64,000 nucleotides of DNA from Gemmatimonadota bacterium (lineage in GTDB: Bacteria; Gemmatimonadota; Gemmatimonadetes; Longimicrobiales; Longimicrobiaceae), in the NCBI GenBank assembly GCA_007118565.1, contig SKRI01000097.1:10412-74411 (forward strand). Direction: 5' to 3'. Both the position numbers and the translations under genes were made by a program. Below, piece by piece: positions 26,363 through 35,870 of the stretch (positions within the stretch are counted from its first letter, which is position 1; each line of letters begins with the position of its first letter). The notes beneath the pieces were generated by a model. The model was given only the letters and a program-made list of their open reading frames with translations, was not told the origin of the DNA and searched no databases.

Positions 26363-27835
26363 TCAGGCCACCGTGAGCGGGACGAGGGCGAGCGCCGACT
26401 CCACCTCGCGAGCCGCACGCACGAGCGTCGCCTCCGACCAGCGGGGTCCGATCAGCTGGCCTCCGACCGGCAGCCCCTCCACCGCCCCGACGGGGAGCGA
26501 AAGCGCCGGCAAGCCCGACAGGCTCGCCGCCACGGTGAAGACGTCCGCGAGATACATTTCGTACGGGTCCGCCGTCCTCTCGCCAAGCCGAAAGGGTGTC
26601 GTCGGAGCGGTCGGGGTGAGGAGGAGGTCCACGCCGCCTGCGAACACCTTCTCGAAATCCGCCGCGATCCGAGATCGCGCCTGGCGTGCCCTCCCGTAGT
26701 AGGCGTCATGGTGGCCGGCGGAGAGGGTGAAGGTTCCCAGCATGATGCGGCGCTTCACCTCGGGGCCGAAGAGGGCACGGCTCCGCTCGTACAGATCGTC
26801 CACGGTGACAACACCTCGCGCCCGCACCCCGTACCGGACCCCGTCGAAGCGCGCCAGATTGGACGATGCCTCCGCTGGTGCGATTACGTAGTAGGCCGGG
26901 ATGGCGAACCGGGTGTGAGGCAGCGAGACCTCGCGCACCGTGGCCCCCAGCGCCTCCATGACCCGCCGCGCCTCATCGCAACGCGCCCGCACGCCGGCGT
27001 CGAGGGAGTCCGGGAAGTACTCCTCCGGAACCCCGACCGTAACCCCCTCCAGTCCCTGCTCGGTGGGGTGCGCGAGCGGCGGAACCGGGCGATGGGCACA
27101 GGTCGCGTCGTAGGGGTCGGCTCCCGCAATCGTCTCCAGGAGGAGGGCGGCGTCGTCCACGGTGCGTCCGAGCGTTCCGATCTGGTCAAGGGAGGAGGCG
27201 AAGGCGACCAGGCCGTACCGCGAGACCCGACCGTACGTCGGCTTGATCCCCACCACCCCGCAGAACGCCGCGGGCTGCCGGACCGAGCCGCCGGTCTCCG
27301 ATCCCAGCGCGGCTGGCACGATGCCAGCGGCGACCGCCGCAGCCGATCCGCCCGAGCTCCCTCCCGGAACGCGCTGCCGGTCGAGCGGGTTGCGGGTCGG
27401 ACCGTACGCCGAGCTCTCGGTGGAGGAGCCCATGGCAAACTCGTCCATGTTCGTCTTCCCGATGATCACGGCCCCCGCGTCCCGGAGCCGCCGGACGGCC
27501 GTCGCGTCGAAGGGGCTCCGGTAGCCTTCGAGGATCCGTGACCCGCAGGTGGTGAAATGATCAGTGGTGACGATGTTGTCCTTGAGAGCAACCGGGATAC
27601 CCGCCAGGGGTCGGGACACCTCCGCGTCGTCCCGGAGCTCGTCGTCCATCTCCGATGCCCGTTGGCGGGCTCGCTCGAAGTCGGTGGAGAGGAAGGCATT
27701 GATGCCGTCGGCCCCGCCCTCCACCAGGGAGAGCGCGGCCTCGGCCGAATCGACGAGATCGCCCGCGCGCAGATCTCCGTCGCGCAGCGCCCGCGACATT
27801 CCCGCGATGGCGCCGGGGACGAGCGGGGGGCTCAC
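26363..27835 (-). CDS. gatA: Asp-tRNA(Asn)/Glu-tRNA(Gln) amidotransferase subunit A
   Basis: Amidase signature GGSSGGSAAAVAAG. The GTG at 27835 makes a GTGA overlap with the gatC stop. The ORF-track start is 27901. Confidence 0.95.
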   Translation of the reverse strand: MSPPLVPGAIAGMSRALRDGDLRAGDLVDSAEAALSLVEGGADGINAFLSTDFERARQRASEMDDELRDDAEVSRPLAGIPVALKDNIVTTDHFTTCGSRILEGYRSPFDATAVRRLRDAGAVIIGKTNMDEFAMGSSTESSAYGPTRNPLDRQRVPGGSSGGSAAAVAAGIVPAALGSETGGSVRQPAAFCGVVGIKPTYGRVSRYGLVAFASSLDQIGTLGRTVDDAALLLETIAGADPYDATCAHRPVPPLAHPTEQGLEGVTVGVPEEYFPDSLDAGVRARCDEARRVMEALGATVREVSLPHTRFAIPAYYVIAPAEASSNLARFDGVRYGVRARGVVTVDDLYERSRALFGPEVKRRIMLGTFTLSAGHHDAYYGRARQARSRIAADFEKVFAGGVDLLLTPTAPTTPFRLGERTADPYEMYLADVFTVAASLSGLPALSLPVGAVEGLPVGGQLIGPRWSEATLVRAAREVESALALVPLTVA

Positions 27836-28146
27836 CCCGCCGGGTCGGGCAGCGGATCCCGCGACCGGAGACGCGGAACCAGGTAAAAGGACGACTCCCA
27901 TGCCGGCGCCGCGACATCGGGCTCCCGGATCATGGTGTCGGGGACGGCACCGTCGTCGCGAAGGGGCGTGCGGCCGCCCTCCGCGCTGGCGGATCCATCT
28001 CCCTCATCCTCCGGAATTCCGGACAGCGCATCCATGTGCTCGAGGATGCCGCCCAGCTGCTCGGCCAGGATGCGCTCCTCGTCCGGCTCCAGCCGCAGGC
28101 GGCCCAGCCGGGCAAGGTGGGAAATCTCCTCGGAGGTGATGCTCAT
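27832..28146 (-). CDS. gatC: Asp-tRNA(Asn)/Glu-tRNA(Gln) amidotransferase subunit C
   Basis: MSITSEEISHLARLGRLRLEPDEERILAEQLGGILEHMD, directly upstream of gatA. Confidence 0.9.
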   Translation of the reverse strand: MSITSEEISHLARLGRLRLEPDEERILAEQLGGILEHMDALSGIPEDEGDGSASAEGGRTPLRDDGAVPDTMIREPDVAAPAWESSFYLVPRLRSRDPLPDPAG

Positions 28147-28309
28147 GCTCGCGTGCGGAGGCTCGGTCGGCTCTCAATGGTGCGCGTGACTCCCCCGCCC
28201 TCTGCAAGAGTTGCGCAGGCAGAAATGGGATACCGGGATGAGGGAGCGAAGAGATGGGTTGAACCCCCGGCGAGAACCGGGGGGAACGGCGCGGTCCCGA
28301 CGATGCCGC

Positions 28310-30667
28310 TCAGTCCCAGTCGGGCTGCAGGTTGGCGTAGCGGACCGCTACCCGCTTTCGGCCGACCGAGTCGAACTCGATCGTGGCCCGCAGGTCGGAA
28401 CCCACGCCGGTCAACTCGCGCACGGTGCCCGAGCCGAACTGCGGGTGCCGGACGCGCGCCCCCTTGTTCAGGTTGGGGAGGTCCTGGGAGTCGGCATAAT
28501 CGACCACGTAGGTCGGGTCCTCGGGCGGCGCCGAGCGCCGCCGGAGCGGCGGGGAAGATGCAAACGGATCATATCCCTCCCGCTCGTATCCCGAGCGGCG
28601 GTCTCCGCGCATCCGCACCCGGTCGGTGCGGCGGTGCTCGAGAAGCTCTTCGGGAATCGGCCGGAGGAAGCTGGAGGCGATGGCGTCCAGCCACTCCCGC
28701 CCCCGTCGGCGGCGCCTGGCGTGGGTGAGGTAGAGCTTCCGTTTGGCGCGAGTGATGCCGACGTAGAAGAGCCGCCGCTCCTCCTCGAGCTCCGCCGGCT
28801 CGTCGTGTGCCCGGGCCAGCGGGAAGAGGCCGTCCTCGAGCCCGGCGATGAAGACCACGGGAAACTCCAGCCCCTTGGCATTGTGCAGCGTCATCAGCGT
28901 CACGACGTCCGCGTCGGCGTCGTGCTGGTCGATGTCGGCGACCAGGGCGACGTGAGCCAGAAAGAGGTCGATGGCGCGTAGCTCTCCCTCGCCGCTCTCC
29001 GCGATCTCCAGCGCCAGCTCCGGATCCCCCTCGTCGAGGCGGGACTGGAGCTCCGCCGCGCCCGCGATCAGCTCCTCGACGTTGGCCACGCGGTCCTCTC
29101 CCTCGGGGCCCTCGTCCCGGAGCGCCTGAACGATGCCGGACTCCTCAACGAGCTGGCGCAGAACGTCCTCTAGCGGCACCTCCCGCTCCGCCAGGGCGGC
29201 GTGCTTCCGGATCAGCGCGGCGAACTCCGGCAGGGAGCGGGAGGCGGCGCCCCGGATGCTGTCGATGCCGGCCGCCTCCCCGGCCGCGGCGAGGAGCGGC
29301 ACCCCCGCTGCCGTTGCCCACTCCGCCAGCCGGGCGATGGAGGTGTCACCCACCCCGCGGCGGGGGACGTTGACGACCCGGAGGAAGGCCTCATCGGCCG
29401 CCGGGTTCGCCACGATCCGCAGGTAGGCGAGCACGTCCCGGATTTCCCTCCGCTCGTAGAAGCGAACCCCGCCAACCACGCGGTACGGCACCCCCTCCCG
29501 CCGGAGCGCCTCCTCCAGAGACCGGGACTGCGCATTGGTCCGGTAGAGAACGGTGACGTCGCGGGCGGTGAGGCCGGGATCGGCGCCGAGGCGGGAAAGG
29601 ACTTCCCCGACGATCCAGCCGGCCTCGTCCGCCTCGTCCGCGGACTCCACCAGGGTGATCTCCTCACCCTGCTCCTCCTCGGTACGGAGCGTCTTCCCCT
29701 TCCGCCGCACATTCTCCTCGATCACCCGGTTGGCCGCGTCGAGAATGGTGCGGGTCGAGCGATAGTTGCGCTCGAGCCGCACGACCCGGGCGTCGGCGAA
29801 GTCCTGCTCGAAGTCGAGGATGTTGCGGATGTCCGCGCCGCGCCAGCCGTAGATCGACTGGTCGTCGTCTCCCACCACGAAGAGGTTCTCGGCACCTGGA
29901 TCCGCGCCCGGATCGACGGCGTGCGACTGCCGCGACAGGAGCTGCAGGAAGACGTACTGCGCGTGATTGGTGTCCTGGTACTCGTCGACCAGGATGAAGG
30001 GGAAGCGCTCGCGGTAGGCCGCAAGCACCCCGGGGTCCCGACGGAGTAGCTCGACCGGCTTGACGAGGAGGTCGTCGAAGTCGAAGGCATTGGCCTCCGA
30101 GAGCGCCTTCTGATAGCGGCCGTAGGCATCGGCGACCTTCGTCTCGAAGGCGTCCCTCGCCTGCTCCGCGTACGCTTCGGCGGAGACCAGCTCGTTCTTG
30201 GCCGCGGAGATCGCCGAGCGGAACGCCTTTGGGTTCCAGCGCTTGGGATCGAGCCCCAGATCCGTCTTCACGATGCGGCGCAGCAGGCTCAGCGCATCGT
30301 CCGCGTCGTAGATCAGGAAGCCGGGGGTCCAGCCAAGCCGGGTGGCGTAGCGCCTGAGGATCCGCACGCCGGTGGCGTGGAAGGTCCCGATCCACATGCC
30401 AGCCGGCTCGTGGTCGAGAAGGGTGCGCACCCGCTCCCGCATCTCCCCGGCGGCCTTGTTGGTGAAGGTAAGGGCCAGGATGTGGTGGGGGGCCACCCCG
30501 TGCTCGCCGATGAGGTGGGCGATGCGGGTGGTCAGGACACGCGTTTTCCCGGAGCCCGCGCCCGCCAGCACGAGCATCGGCCCCTCGAAGTGCTCGGCGG
30601 CGACCCGCTGCTCGGGGTTCAGCCCGGCGAGCGCCTCCGCGGTCGCGGTTCCCACGGGACGGACCAC
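28310..30667 (-). CDS. ATP-dependent DNA helicase, UvrD/PcrA family
   Basis: AGAGSGKTRVLTTR (motif I), ILVDEYQDTN, TLHNAKGLEFPVVF, YVGITRA and a C-terminal Tudor-like segment GARVRHPQFGSGTV. Confidence 0.93.
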   Translation of the reverse strand: MVRPVGTATAEALAGLNPEQRVAAEHFEGPMLVLAGAGSGKTRVLTTRIAHLIGEHGVAPHHILALTFTNKAAGEMRERVRTLLDHEPAGMWIGTFHATGVRILRRYATRLGWTPGFLIYDADDALSLLRRIVKTDLGLDPKRWNPKAFRSAISAAKNELVSAEAYAEQARDAFETKVADAYGRYQKALSEANAFDFDDLLVKPVELLRRDPGVLAAYRERFPFILVDEYQDTNHAQYVFLQLLSRQSHAVDPGADPGAENLFVVGDDDQSIYGWRGADIRNILDFEQDFADARVVRLERNYRSTRTILDAANRVIEENVRRKGKTLRTEEEQGEEITLVESADEADEAGWIVGEVLSRLGADPGLTARDVTVLYRTNAQSRSLEEALRREGVPYRVVGGVRFYERREIRDVLAYLRIVANPAADEAFLRVVNVPRRGVGDTSIARLAEWATAAGVPLLAAAGEAAGIDSIRGAASRSLPEFAALIRKHAALAEREVPLEDVLRQLVEESGIVQALRDEGPEGEDRVANVEELIAGAAELQSRLDEGDPELALEIAESGEGELRAIDLFLAHVALVADIDQHDADADVVTLMTLHNAKGLEFPVVFIAGLEDGLFPLARAHDEPAELEEERRLFYVGITRAKRKLYLTHARRRRRGREWLDAIASSFLRPIPEELLEHRRTDRVRMRGDRRSGYEREGYDPFASSPPLRRRSAPPEDPTYVVDYADSQDLPNLNKGARVRHPQFGSGTVRELTGVGSDLRATIEFDSVGRKRVAVRYANLQPDWD

Positions 30668-30668
30668 G

Positions 30669-31964
30669 TCAGTCGGCCGTGGGAGTCAGCGCCTCCGCGC
30701 CGAGGTACGGTTGCAGACATTGGGGGATCGCCACGCTCCCGTCCTCCCGCTGGTTGTTCTCCAGGAGGGCGATGACGGTGCGAGGCAGCGCCACCCCCGA
30801 CCCGTTCAGCGTGTGCACGAACTCGGGCTTCTCCCCCGGGGCGGGACGGAAGCGGATGCCCGCGCGGCGGGCCTGGAAATCCGTGAAGTTCGAGCAACTG
30901 GAAACCTCGAGCCAGCGATCCACTCCCGGTGCCCAGACCTCCAGATCGTAGGTCATGGCGCTCGCGAAGCCGGTATCTCCCCCCGCCAGCAGCACCACAC
31001 GGTAGGCGAGCCCCAGCCGGCGCAGGACCTCCTCGGCCTGACCGACGAGACGCTCCAGCGCCTCGGCCGAGTCCTCCGGCCGCTCGAAGCGGACCAGCTC
31101 CACCTTGTCGAACTGGTGGACGCGGAGGAGGCCGCGGGTATCCTTCCCCGCCGCGCCAGCCTCCCGCCGGAAGCAGGGAGAGTAGGCCACGTACGCCACC
31201 GGGAGCCGTCCCGGCTCGAGCATCTCGTCGCGGTGGAAGTTGGTGACCGGAACCTCGGCCGTCGGGATCAGATAGAGCCCGTCCTGCTCGAGCTCGTAGG
31301 CATCGCCCTCCTCCACGAACTTCGGGAACTGGCCGGTACCGGTCATGGCCTCCCGATTGACCAGGAAGGGCGGCGCCACCTCCTCGTACCCGTGCTCCTC
31401 GGTGTGGAGGTCGATCATCCAGCTCACCAGCGCACGCTGGAGACGCGCGCCGAGGCCCCGGTAGGCGGGAAATCCGCTCCCGGCGACCTTCGCTCCGGCC
31501 GGCAGGTCGAGGATGCCGAGCTCCGCCCCCAGCTCCCAGTGCGGCTTCGGCGTGAAGGAAAGCTCGACCGGCTCGCCGTGCGTGCGCACGATCCGGTTGG
31601 CGGATTCGTCGCCGGCGGGAACCCCGTCCAGCAGGGTGTTCGGCGTTCGCAGGAGAATCGAATCGATGTCCCCCTCGATGAGGCGCAGACGCTCGTCGAT
31701 ATCGCGGATCCGGCCGGACACCGTGCGCATCTCCTCGAGGAGGTCGTCGGCATCCTCCCCGCTCCGCTTGCGGGTGCCGATCTCGCGGGAGACGGTGTTG
31801 CGGCGGGCCTTGAGGTCGTCTCCCTCCCCGATCAGCGCGCGGCGCTCCCTATCCAGCTCGAGGATGCGGTCGATGCCGCTGCCGAGCTCCGCCGCGTCGG
31901 CGCGGGGAGCAAGGCGGGCGCGCACCTCCTCGGGCTCCTCGCGGATCCGGCGAAGGTCAAGCAC
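30669..31964 (-). CDS. serS: serine--tRNA ligase
   Basis: MLDLRRIREEPEEVRARL coiled-coil N-terminus and class-II core motifs (FRREAG, HTLNGSGVALPR). Confidence 0.96.
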   Translation of the reverse strand: MLDLRRIREEPEEVRARLAPRADAAELGSGIDRILELDRERRALIGEGDDLKARRNTVSREIGTRKRSGEDADDLLEEMRTVSGRIRDIDERLRLIEGDIDSILLRTPNTLLDGVPAGDESANRIVRTHGEPVELSFTPKPHWELGAELGILDLPAGAKVAGSGFPAYRGLGARLQRALVSWMIDLHTEEHGYEEVAPPFLVNREAMTGTGQFPKFVEEGDAYELEQDGLYLIPTAEVPVTNFHRDEMLEPGRLPVAYVAYSPCFRREAGAAGKDTRGLLRVHQFDKVELVRFERPEDSAEALERLVGQAEEVLRRLGLAYRVVLLAGGDTGFASAMTYDLEVWAPGVDRWLEVSSCSNFTDFQARRAGIRFRPAPGEKPEFVHTLNGSGVALPRTVIALLENNQREDGSVAIPQCLQPYLGAEALTPTAD

Positions 31965-31999
31965 GTCGGGGCTGTGGGGTCATGCGTGGGGAAGAGCGA

Positions 32000-32569
32000 T
32001 CACGGAACCAGACGGTCGTCGCTGCAGCGGGCGTTCGTGATCACGCGCATGGCGACCCGTCCCTCCCCGGCATCGATCTCGACCGGGGTGATCTTGGAGA
32101 ACTGCTCCCGGCATCCGGGTTGGGCGCGGGTTCGCACCAGGTAGACCGTCCCCGCTGCGAGCGGAAGGGTGCGGTCGCGGGTGAACTCGCCGACCGGGGC
32201 GCGGTCGATCTCCTCGATCGATCGGTCGGTGATCGGCTCGGCCAGGCCGGCGCGCGAGTCGAGGCCGATGCCGGCCGGGGTGACCAGCGTCAGAGCTCCC
32301 TCCCGCATCCGGACGGTGACATCCCAGTTGTTGGCGCCCGCCGTGGTCTCGGGGAAGCGCGCACCTGCAATGCCCATCGGGCTCGCCGAGACGTCGAGCG
32401 CGGTGGGGAGGTCGTCCCGCTGCGGATCCGGGAGCCAGAACTCGACGGTGTCCTCGACGATCTGGGGGTCGAAGAGCCCGGCAGTCGGGTCGTCACAACC
32501 GATGGAGCCCGCGATCGGCACCAGGAGGGCCAGAACGGCAATATTCTTGAGAATCCGACTCGTCATCAT
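32000..32569 (-). CDS. lipoprotein of unknown function
   Basis: Signal peptide with lipobox AGSIGC. 189 aa with no recognised domain and good GC3 coding bias. Confidence 0.6.
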   Translation of the reverse strand: MMTSRILKNIAVLALLVPIAGSIGCDDPTAGLFDPQIVEDTVEFWLPDPQRDDLPTALDVSASPMGIAGARFPETTAGANNWDVTVRMREGALTLVTPAGIGLDSRAGLAEPITDRSIEEIDRAPVGEFTRDRTLPLAAGTVYLVRTRAQPGCREQFSKITPVEIDAGEGRVAMRVITNARCSDDRLVP

Positions 32570-32655
32570 TGATCAGAGAGAAGGCCACGCCTTCGAAAAA
32601 ATTTCGTCCCGGCGGTCCAGCCCCTAAGGATGGCCGGCCGCTCCGGGTGCGTCAA

Positions 32656-32687
32656 GGCGCCCCGTGATTGATTGCCCACGGGGCGCC
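32656..32687. promoter_or_regulatory. perfect 11-bp inverted repeat (GGCGCCCCGTG-N10-CACGGGGCGCC) in the divergent region upstream of egtC
   Basis: Read directly from the sequence. The loop is ATTGATTGCC. It lies 65 nt upstream of the egtC ATG. Function (operator or 5' UTR hairpin) is unknown. Confidence 0.4.
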
Positions 32688-32751
32688 GAACTACCTTGGG
32701 CGGCACCACCCAGCGCTCGTCCCCGCCCACCGATCCGGACCGGATTCTCCC

Positions 32752-33534
32752 ATGTGCCGCATCCTCGCCTATCTCGGGGAGCCATTCTCCCCCGCCCTTC
32801 CCGTTCTGGAGGCCGAGCACTCCCTCCTCGTCCAGAGCTATCGCCCCCGGGAGATGCTCTCGGGCACGGCCAACGCCGACGGCTTCGGAGTAGTCTGGTA
32901 TCATGAGGGTCGGCCCGTGCGCATCGCCGGCGACCGGCCCATCTGGCAAGCTTCCGACCTACCTGCCCTCCTGCGATCCGTACGTACCCCCGCAGCCCTC
33001 GCGGTGGTCCGCTCGGCGACGCCGGGGATCCCGGTGGCGGGCGGACGCCAGCCGATGACCGCCGGACGGCACGCCTTCGCTTTCAACGGGGCCGTCGACG
33101 ATTTCCGCGCGCGGCTCATGCGACGGCTTCACCACGCGCTTCCCGACGAGGTGTACGCCACCCTCGGCGGGGTCTCGGATACCGAGGCGCTCTTCCGGCT
33201 GGCGGTGGCAAGGCTGCGGGGGGGAGATGGAGGTGCCGAGGCGCTCGGCAGCGCCACCGCGCAGGTGGCACGCGAGGCGCGCTCGGCCGGCGTGCGGGCG
33301 CGGCTCACCTCGGTCCTCTGCGACGGCGACTCGCTGGTCGGAGTCCGCTACGCCACCGGCGGCGGCGCCAACACCCTCTACCTGGCCGAGCGGCCGCCGA
33401 GCGCGCCGCTGGGAACGGTGCTCAGCTCCGAGCCGCTCGACGGGGGCGCGTCCTGGCAGGAGGTCCCCGCCGGCTCGGTGGTGAGGGTGACAGAGGACGG
33501 GGTGCGGATCTCCCCGTTCGATCCGGATCCCTGA
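32752..33534 (+). CDS. egtC: class-II glutamine amidotransferase EgtC (gamma-glutamyl-hercynylcysteine sulfoxide hydrolase)
   Basis: Ntn start MCRILAYLG plus LLVQSYRPRE, NADGFG and AVVRSATPG, which parallel mycobacterial EgtC. The start was trimmed to the Met-Cys at 32752. Confidence 0.8.
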   Translation: MCRILAYLGEPFSPALPVLEAEHSLLVQSYRPREMLSGTANADGFGVVWYHEGRPVRIAGDRPIWQASDLPALLRSVRTPAALAVVRSATPGIPVAGGRQPMTAGRHAFAFNGAVDDFRARLMRRLHHALPDEVYATLGGVSDTEALFRLAVARLRGGDGGAEALGSATAQVAREARSAGVRARLTSVLCDGDSLVGVRYATGGGANTLYLAERPPSAPLGTVLSSEPLDGGASWQEVPAGSVVRVTEDGVRISPFDPDP

Positions 33535-33681
33535 CAGGGTGCTGACTGCCGGCTTCCGGGTCCTTCGGAGCGGAAACGCCGTCCGCGGGAGAGCAAGGCC
33601 GCTTCGCTCCGGCGTCCCCGCCTCCTTCGGCCGACGAGGGTGAGCGACCTGGTTCTTCGGCGACCTGCAAACGCGGGGGCG

Positions 33682-34917
33682 TCAGGCTGTCTCGGCCAAC
33701 GGCCGGGTGCCGATCTCGTCCGCCGGCGAGCGTCCCCGGCTCGTGAAGCGCTCGAAGAACGTCCGGGCGGTGGCCAGCGAGCGGTCGTCCACTTCGGCCG
33801 GCCCGAGGCGGCCGCACCCTTCCAGGGCAATGTCGAAGAGCTCGGCGGCGGTGCGCGCAAGGGCCGGGTCGCGCAGCCCCGCCCGGCCCGCCCTCGCGAG
33901 CGACTCCGCCGAGGGCTCCGGCAGCAGCTCTCGCGCGGTGCGCAGCGCCTCGTCGTCATAGGTCAGCCCCACCAGCACCACGGCGGGAACCAGGCACCAT
34001 TCGAGCGGGAGCGCGTCGGGCGTGCGGATCTCGAAGTACCCCTTCGGCCGGATCTCCGGGAAAAGGGTCGTCAGGTGCCGATTCCAGGTCGCGCCGTCCA
34101 GCTCGCCGCGCTCGAGCCAGCGCGCCGCGGGCAGGTATGCTCCGCTCGCGTCCGGTCGGGCGATGAGCGGCGCCCGAAGCGCGAAGGCGAGGTACACATC
34201 CGCCGCGTCCTCGGCGCTCGCGAAGATCCCGGTCCGCTCCGGATCGAGTTCGCGCCAGGCACGCGATCTGAGGCTCCGCCACCCGCCATCTCCCCCCTCC
34301 ATTCGGGATGAGTTGGCGAAGATCGCGGTGAGCGCCGGGGCCGCCGCATTCAGGACGCGCCACCGGTCGCCGCCGCGGGCTCCGAAGTCCAGGTTCACGT
34401 GGATGGCGGCGGTCTGGCGCATCATCCGCGCCCCCCACGGGGAGCGTCCTGCCAGATACCGCGCCATGTGGAGGTAGCGCTCATTGCGGAGTAGGAGCGG
34501 GGCGTCCTCCACGCGGCCAAGCGGGTCGAGGCCGACCCCGTCCAGACGCACACCGTCCTCGGCCAGGGCGCGGAAGAGCGGCGGCAGCACCTCCTCCGTC
34601 GTGCCACCCAGCTCGGTTACGCTCGCCGCCGGGGGTGAGCTGTACTCCAGCTGTCCGCCCGGCTCGAACCCGATGGTCCCCCCGGCCGGGAGATGGAACA
34701 GGGGGTCTCCGAGTGGAGTGCGGCCCAGCGACCACCCGCGCGCCACGCCGTGGGCGGCGATGCGCTTCACGAGCTGTGCGAGAGGCACCGCCGTCCCGTC
34801 GGCAAGACGGGGAAGGAACTCCACCTCGACACCCACCCGATCCGGGCGCGGAACGGCGCCGAGCGTCCAGGGGAAGCACGTCTCCCGGAGGCGCGGGAGG
34901 AGCAGGCGCCGGTCCAT
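33682..34917 (-). CDS. egtA: glutamate--cysteine ligase, GCS2 family (EgtA)
   Basis: GVEVEF...GGQLEYSSPP...AAIHVNLDF...FPEIRPKGYFEIR are GCS2 motifs. The ATG at 34917 overlaps the egtD stop (ATGA). Confidence 0.8.
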   Translation of the reverse strand: MDRRLLLPRLRETCFPWTLGAVPRPDRVGVEVEFLPRLADGTAVPLAQLVKRIAAHGVARGWSLGRTPLGDPLFHLPAGGTIGFEPGGQLEYSSPPAASVTELGGTTEEVLPPLFRALAEDGVRLDGVGLDPLGRVEDAPLLLRNERYLHMARYLAGRSPWGARMMRQTAAIHVNLDFGARGGDRWRVLNAAAPALTAIFANSSRMEGGDGGWRSLRSRAWRELDPERTGIFASAEDAADVYLAFALRAPLIARPDASGAYLPAARWLERGELDGATWNRHLTTLFPEIRPKGYFEIRTPDALPLEWCLVPAVVLVGLTYDDEALRTARELLPEPSAESLARAGRAGLRDPALARTAAELFDIALEGCGRLGPAEVDDRSLATARTFFERFTSRGRSPADEIGTRPLAETA

Positions 34918-35870
34918 CAGCCGGGCTCCCGGGAGATGGCGAGCACGATCGCATACAAGCCGTCCTCGTCCTCCGCCCATCTCGACAGCGATAGATCGGC
35001 CGTCGAGAAGAGCCCTTCCACGCCGGCGCGGTCGTACTTGGCGCTGATCTCGGTGCGGATCGTCTCCCCCTTCTCGAAGGAGAAGCTTCCCGCGCCGGGA
35101 ACGTGGACCGTCTGCGCGCGATCGCTGACGAGGTGCATCTCGATGCGGCCCTCCGTCGGGTCGTAGAAGGCGTGGTGGACAAAGGAGTCCGGAGCGAAGT
35201 CCGCACCGAGCTCGCGGTTCATCACCCGGAGGACGTTCCGGTTGAAAAGCGCGGTCACGCCGGCCGCGTCGTTGTAGGCGGCCTGGATCCTCGCAGCCTC
35301 CTTGCGCAGGTCCACGCCCAGGAGGAGGCGGTCCCCGGGCCGCATCTTCCTGGCGACGCGGGAGAGGAGCTCGACCGCGGCATGCTCCTCGAAGTTCCCC
35401 AGCGTGCTCCCCAGCAGGGCGAAGATCGCTGGCTCGGGGAGGGGGACCCGAATCTCGACCGGACGGGTCATGTCGGCCACCGCGGCGCGCACGGCGAGCG
35501 TCGGGTACTCGCCCGCGAGGCGGGCGACGGTCGCCTCGAGGAAATCTGCGCTCACGTCGACCGGCACGTAGAGCTCCCCGGTTCCGGACTCCACCATGGC
35601 ATCGAGGATGACGCGCGTCTTGTCTGCGTTTCCCGCACCCAGCTCCACCAGGGCACGGGTGCCGATCTCGCGCGTCCAGGCGGGCATGTGCCGGCGCAGG
35701 AGCCTGCGCTCAGTCTCGGTCAGGTAGTACTCCGGCTGCCGGGTGATCTCCTCGAAGAGCTCGGACCCGCGCTCGTCGTAGAAGTAGACGGGCGGGATCT
35801 CCTTCTGCGGCCGCGAGAGGCCACTCCGCACATCCTCCCGCATGCGCTCGCGGGCGGCCGCGTCATACAT
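34917..35870 (-). CDS. egtD: L-histidine N(alpha)-methyltransferase (EgtD)
   Basis: PPVYFYDERGSELFEEITRQPEYYLTETERRLL, ELGAGNADKTR and GSTLGNF. The start at 35870 overlaps the egtB stop by 8 nt. Confidence 0.9.
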   Translation of the reverse strand: MYDAAARERMREDVRSGLSRPQKEIPPVYFYDERGSELFEEITRQPEYYLTETERRLLRRHMPAWTREIGTRALVELGAGNADKTRVILDAMVESGTGELYVPVDVSADFLEATVARLAGEYPTLAVRAAVADMTRPVEIRVPLPEPAIFALLGSTLGNFEEHAAVELLSRVARKMRPGDRLLLGVDLRKEAARIQAAYNDAAGVTALFNRNVLRVMNRELGADFAPDSFVHHAFYDPTEGRIEMHLVSDRAQTVHVPGAGSFSFEKGETIRTEISAKYDRAGVEGLFSTADLSLSRWAEDEDGLYAIVLAISREPG

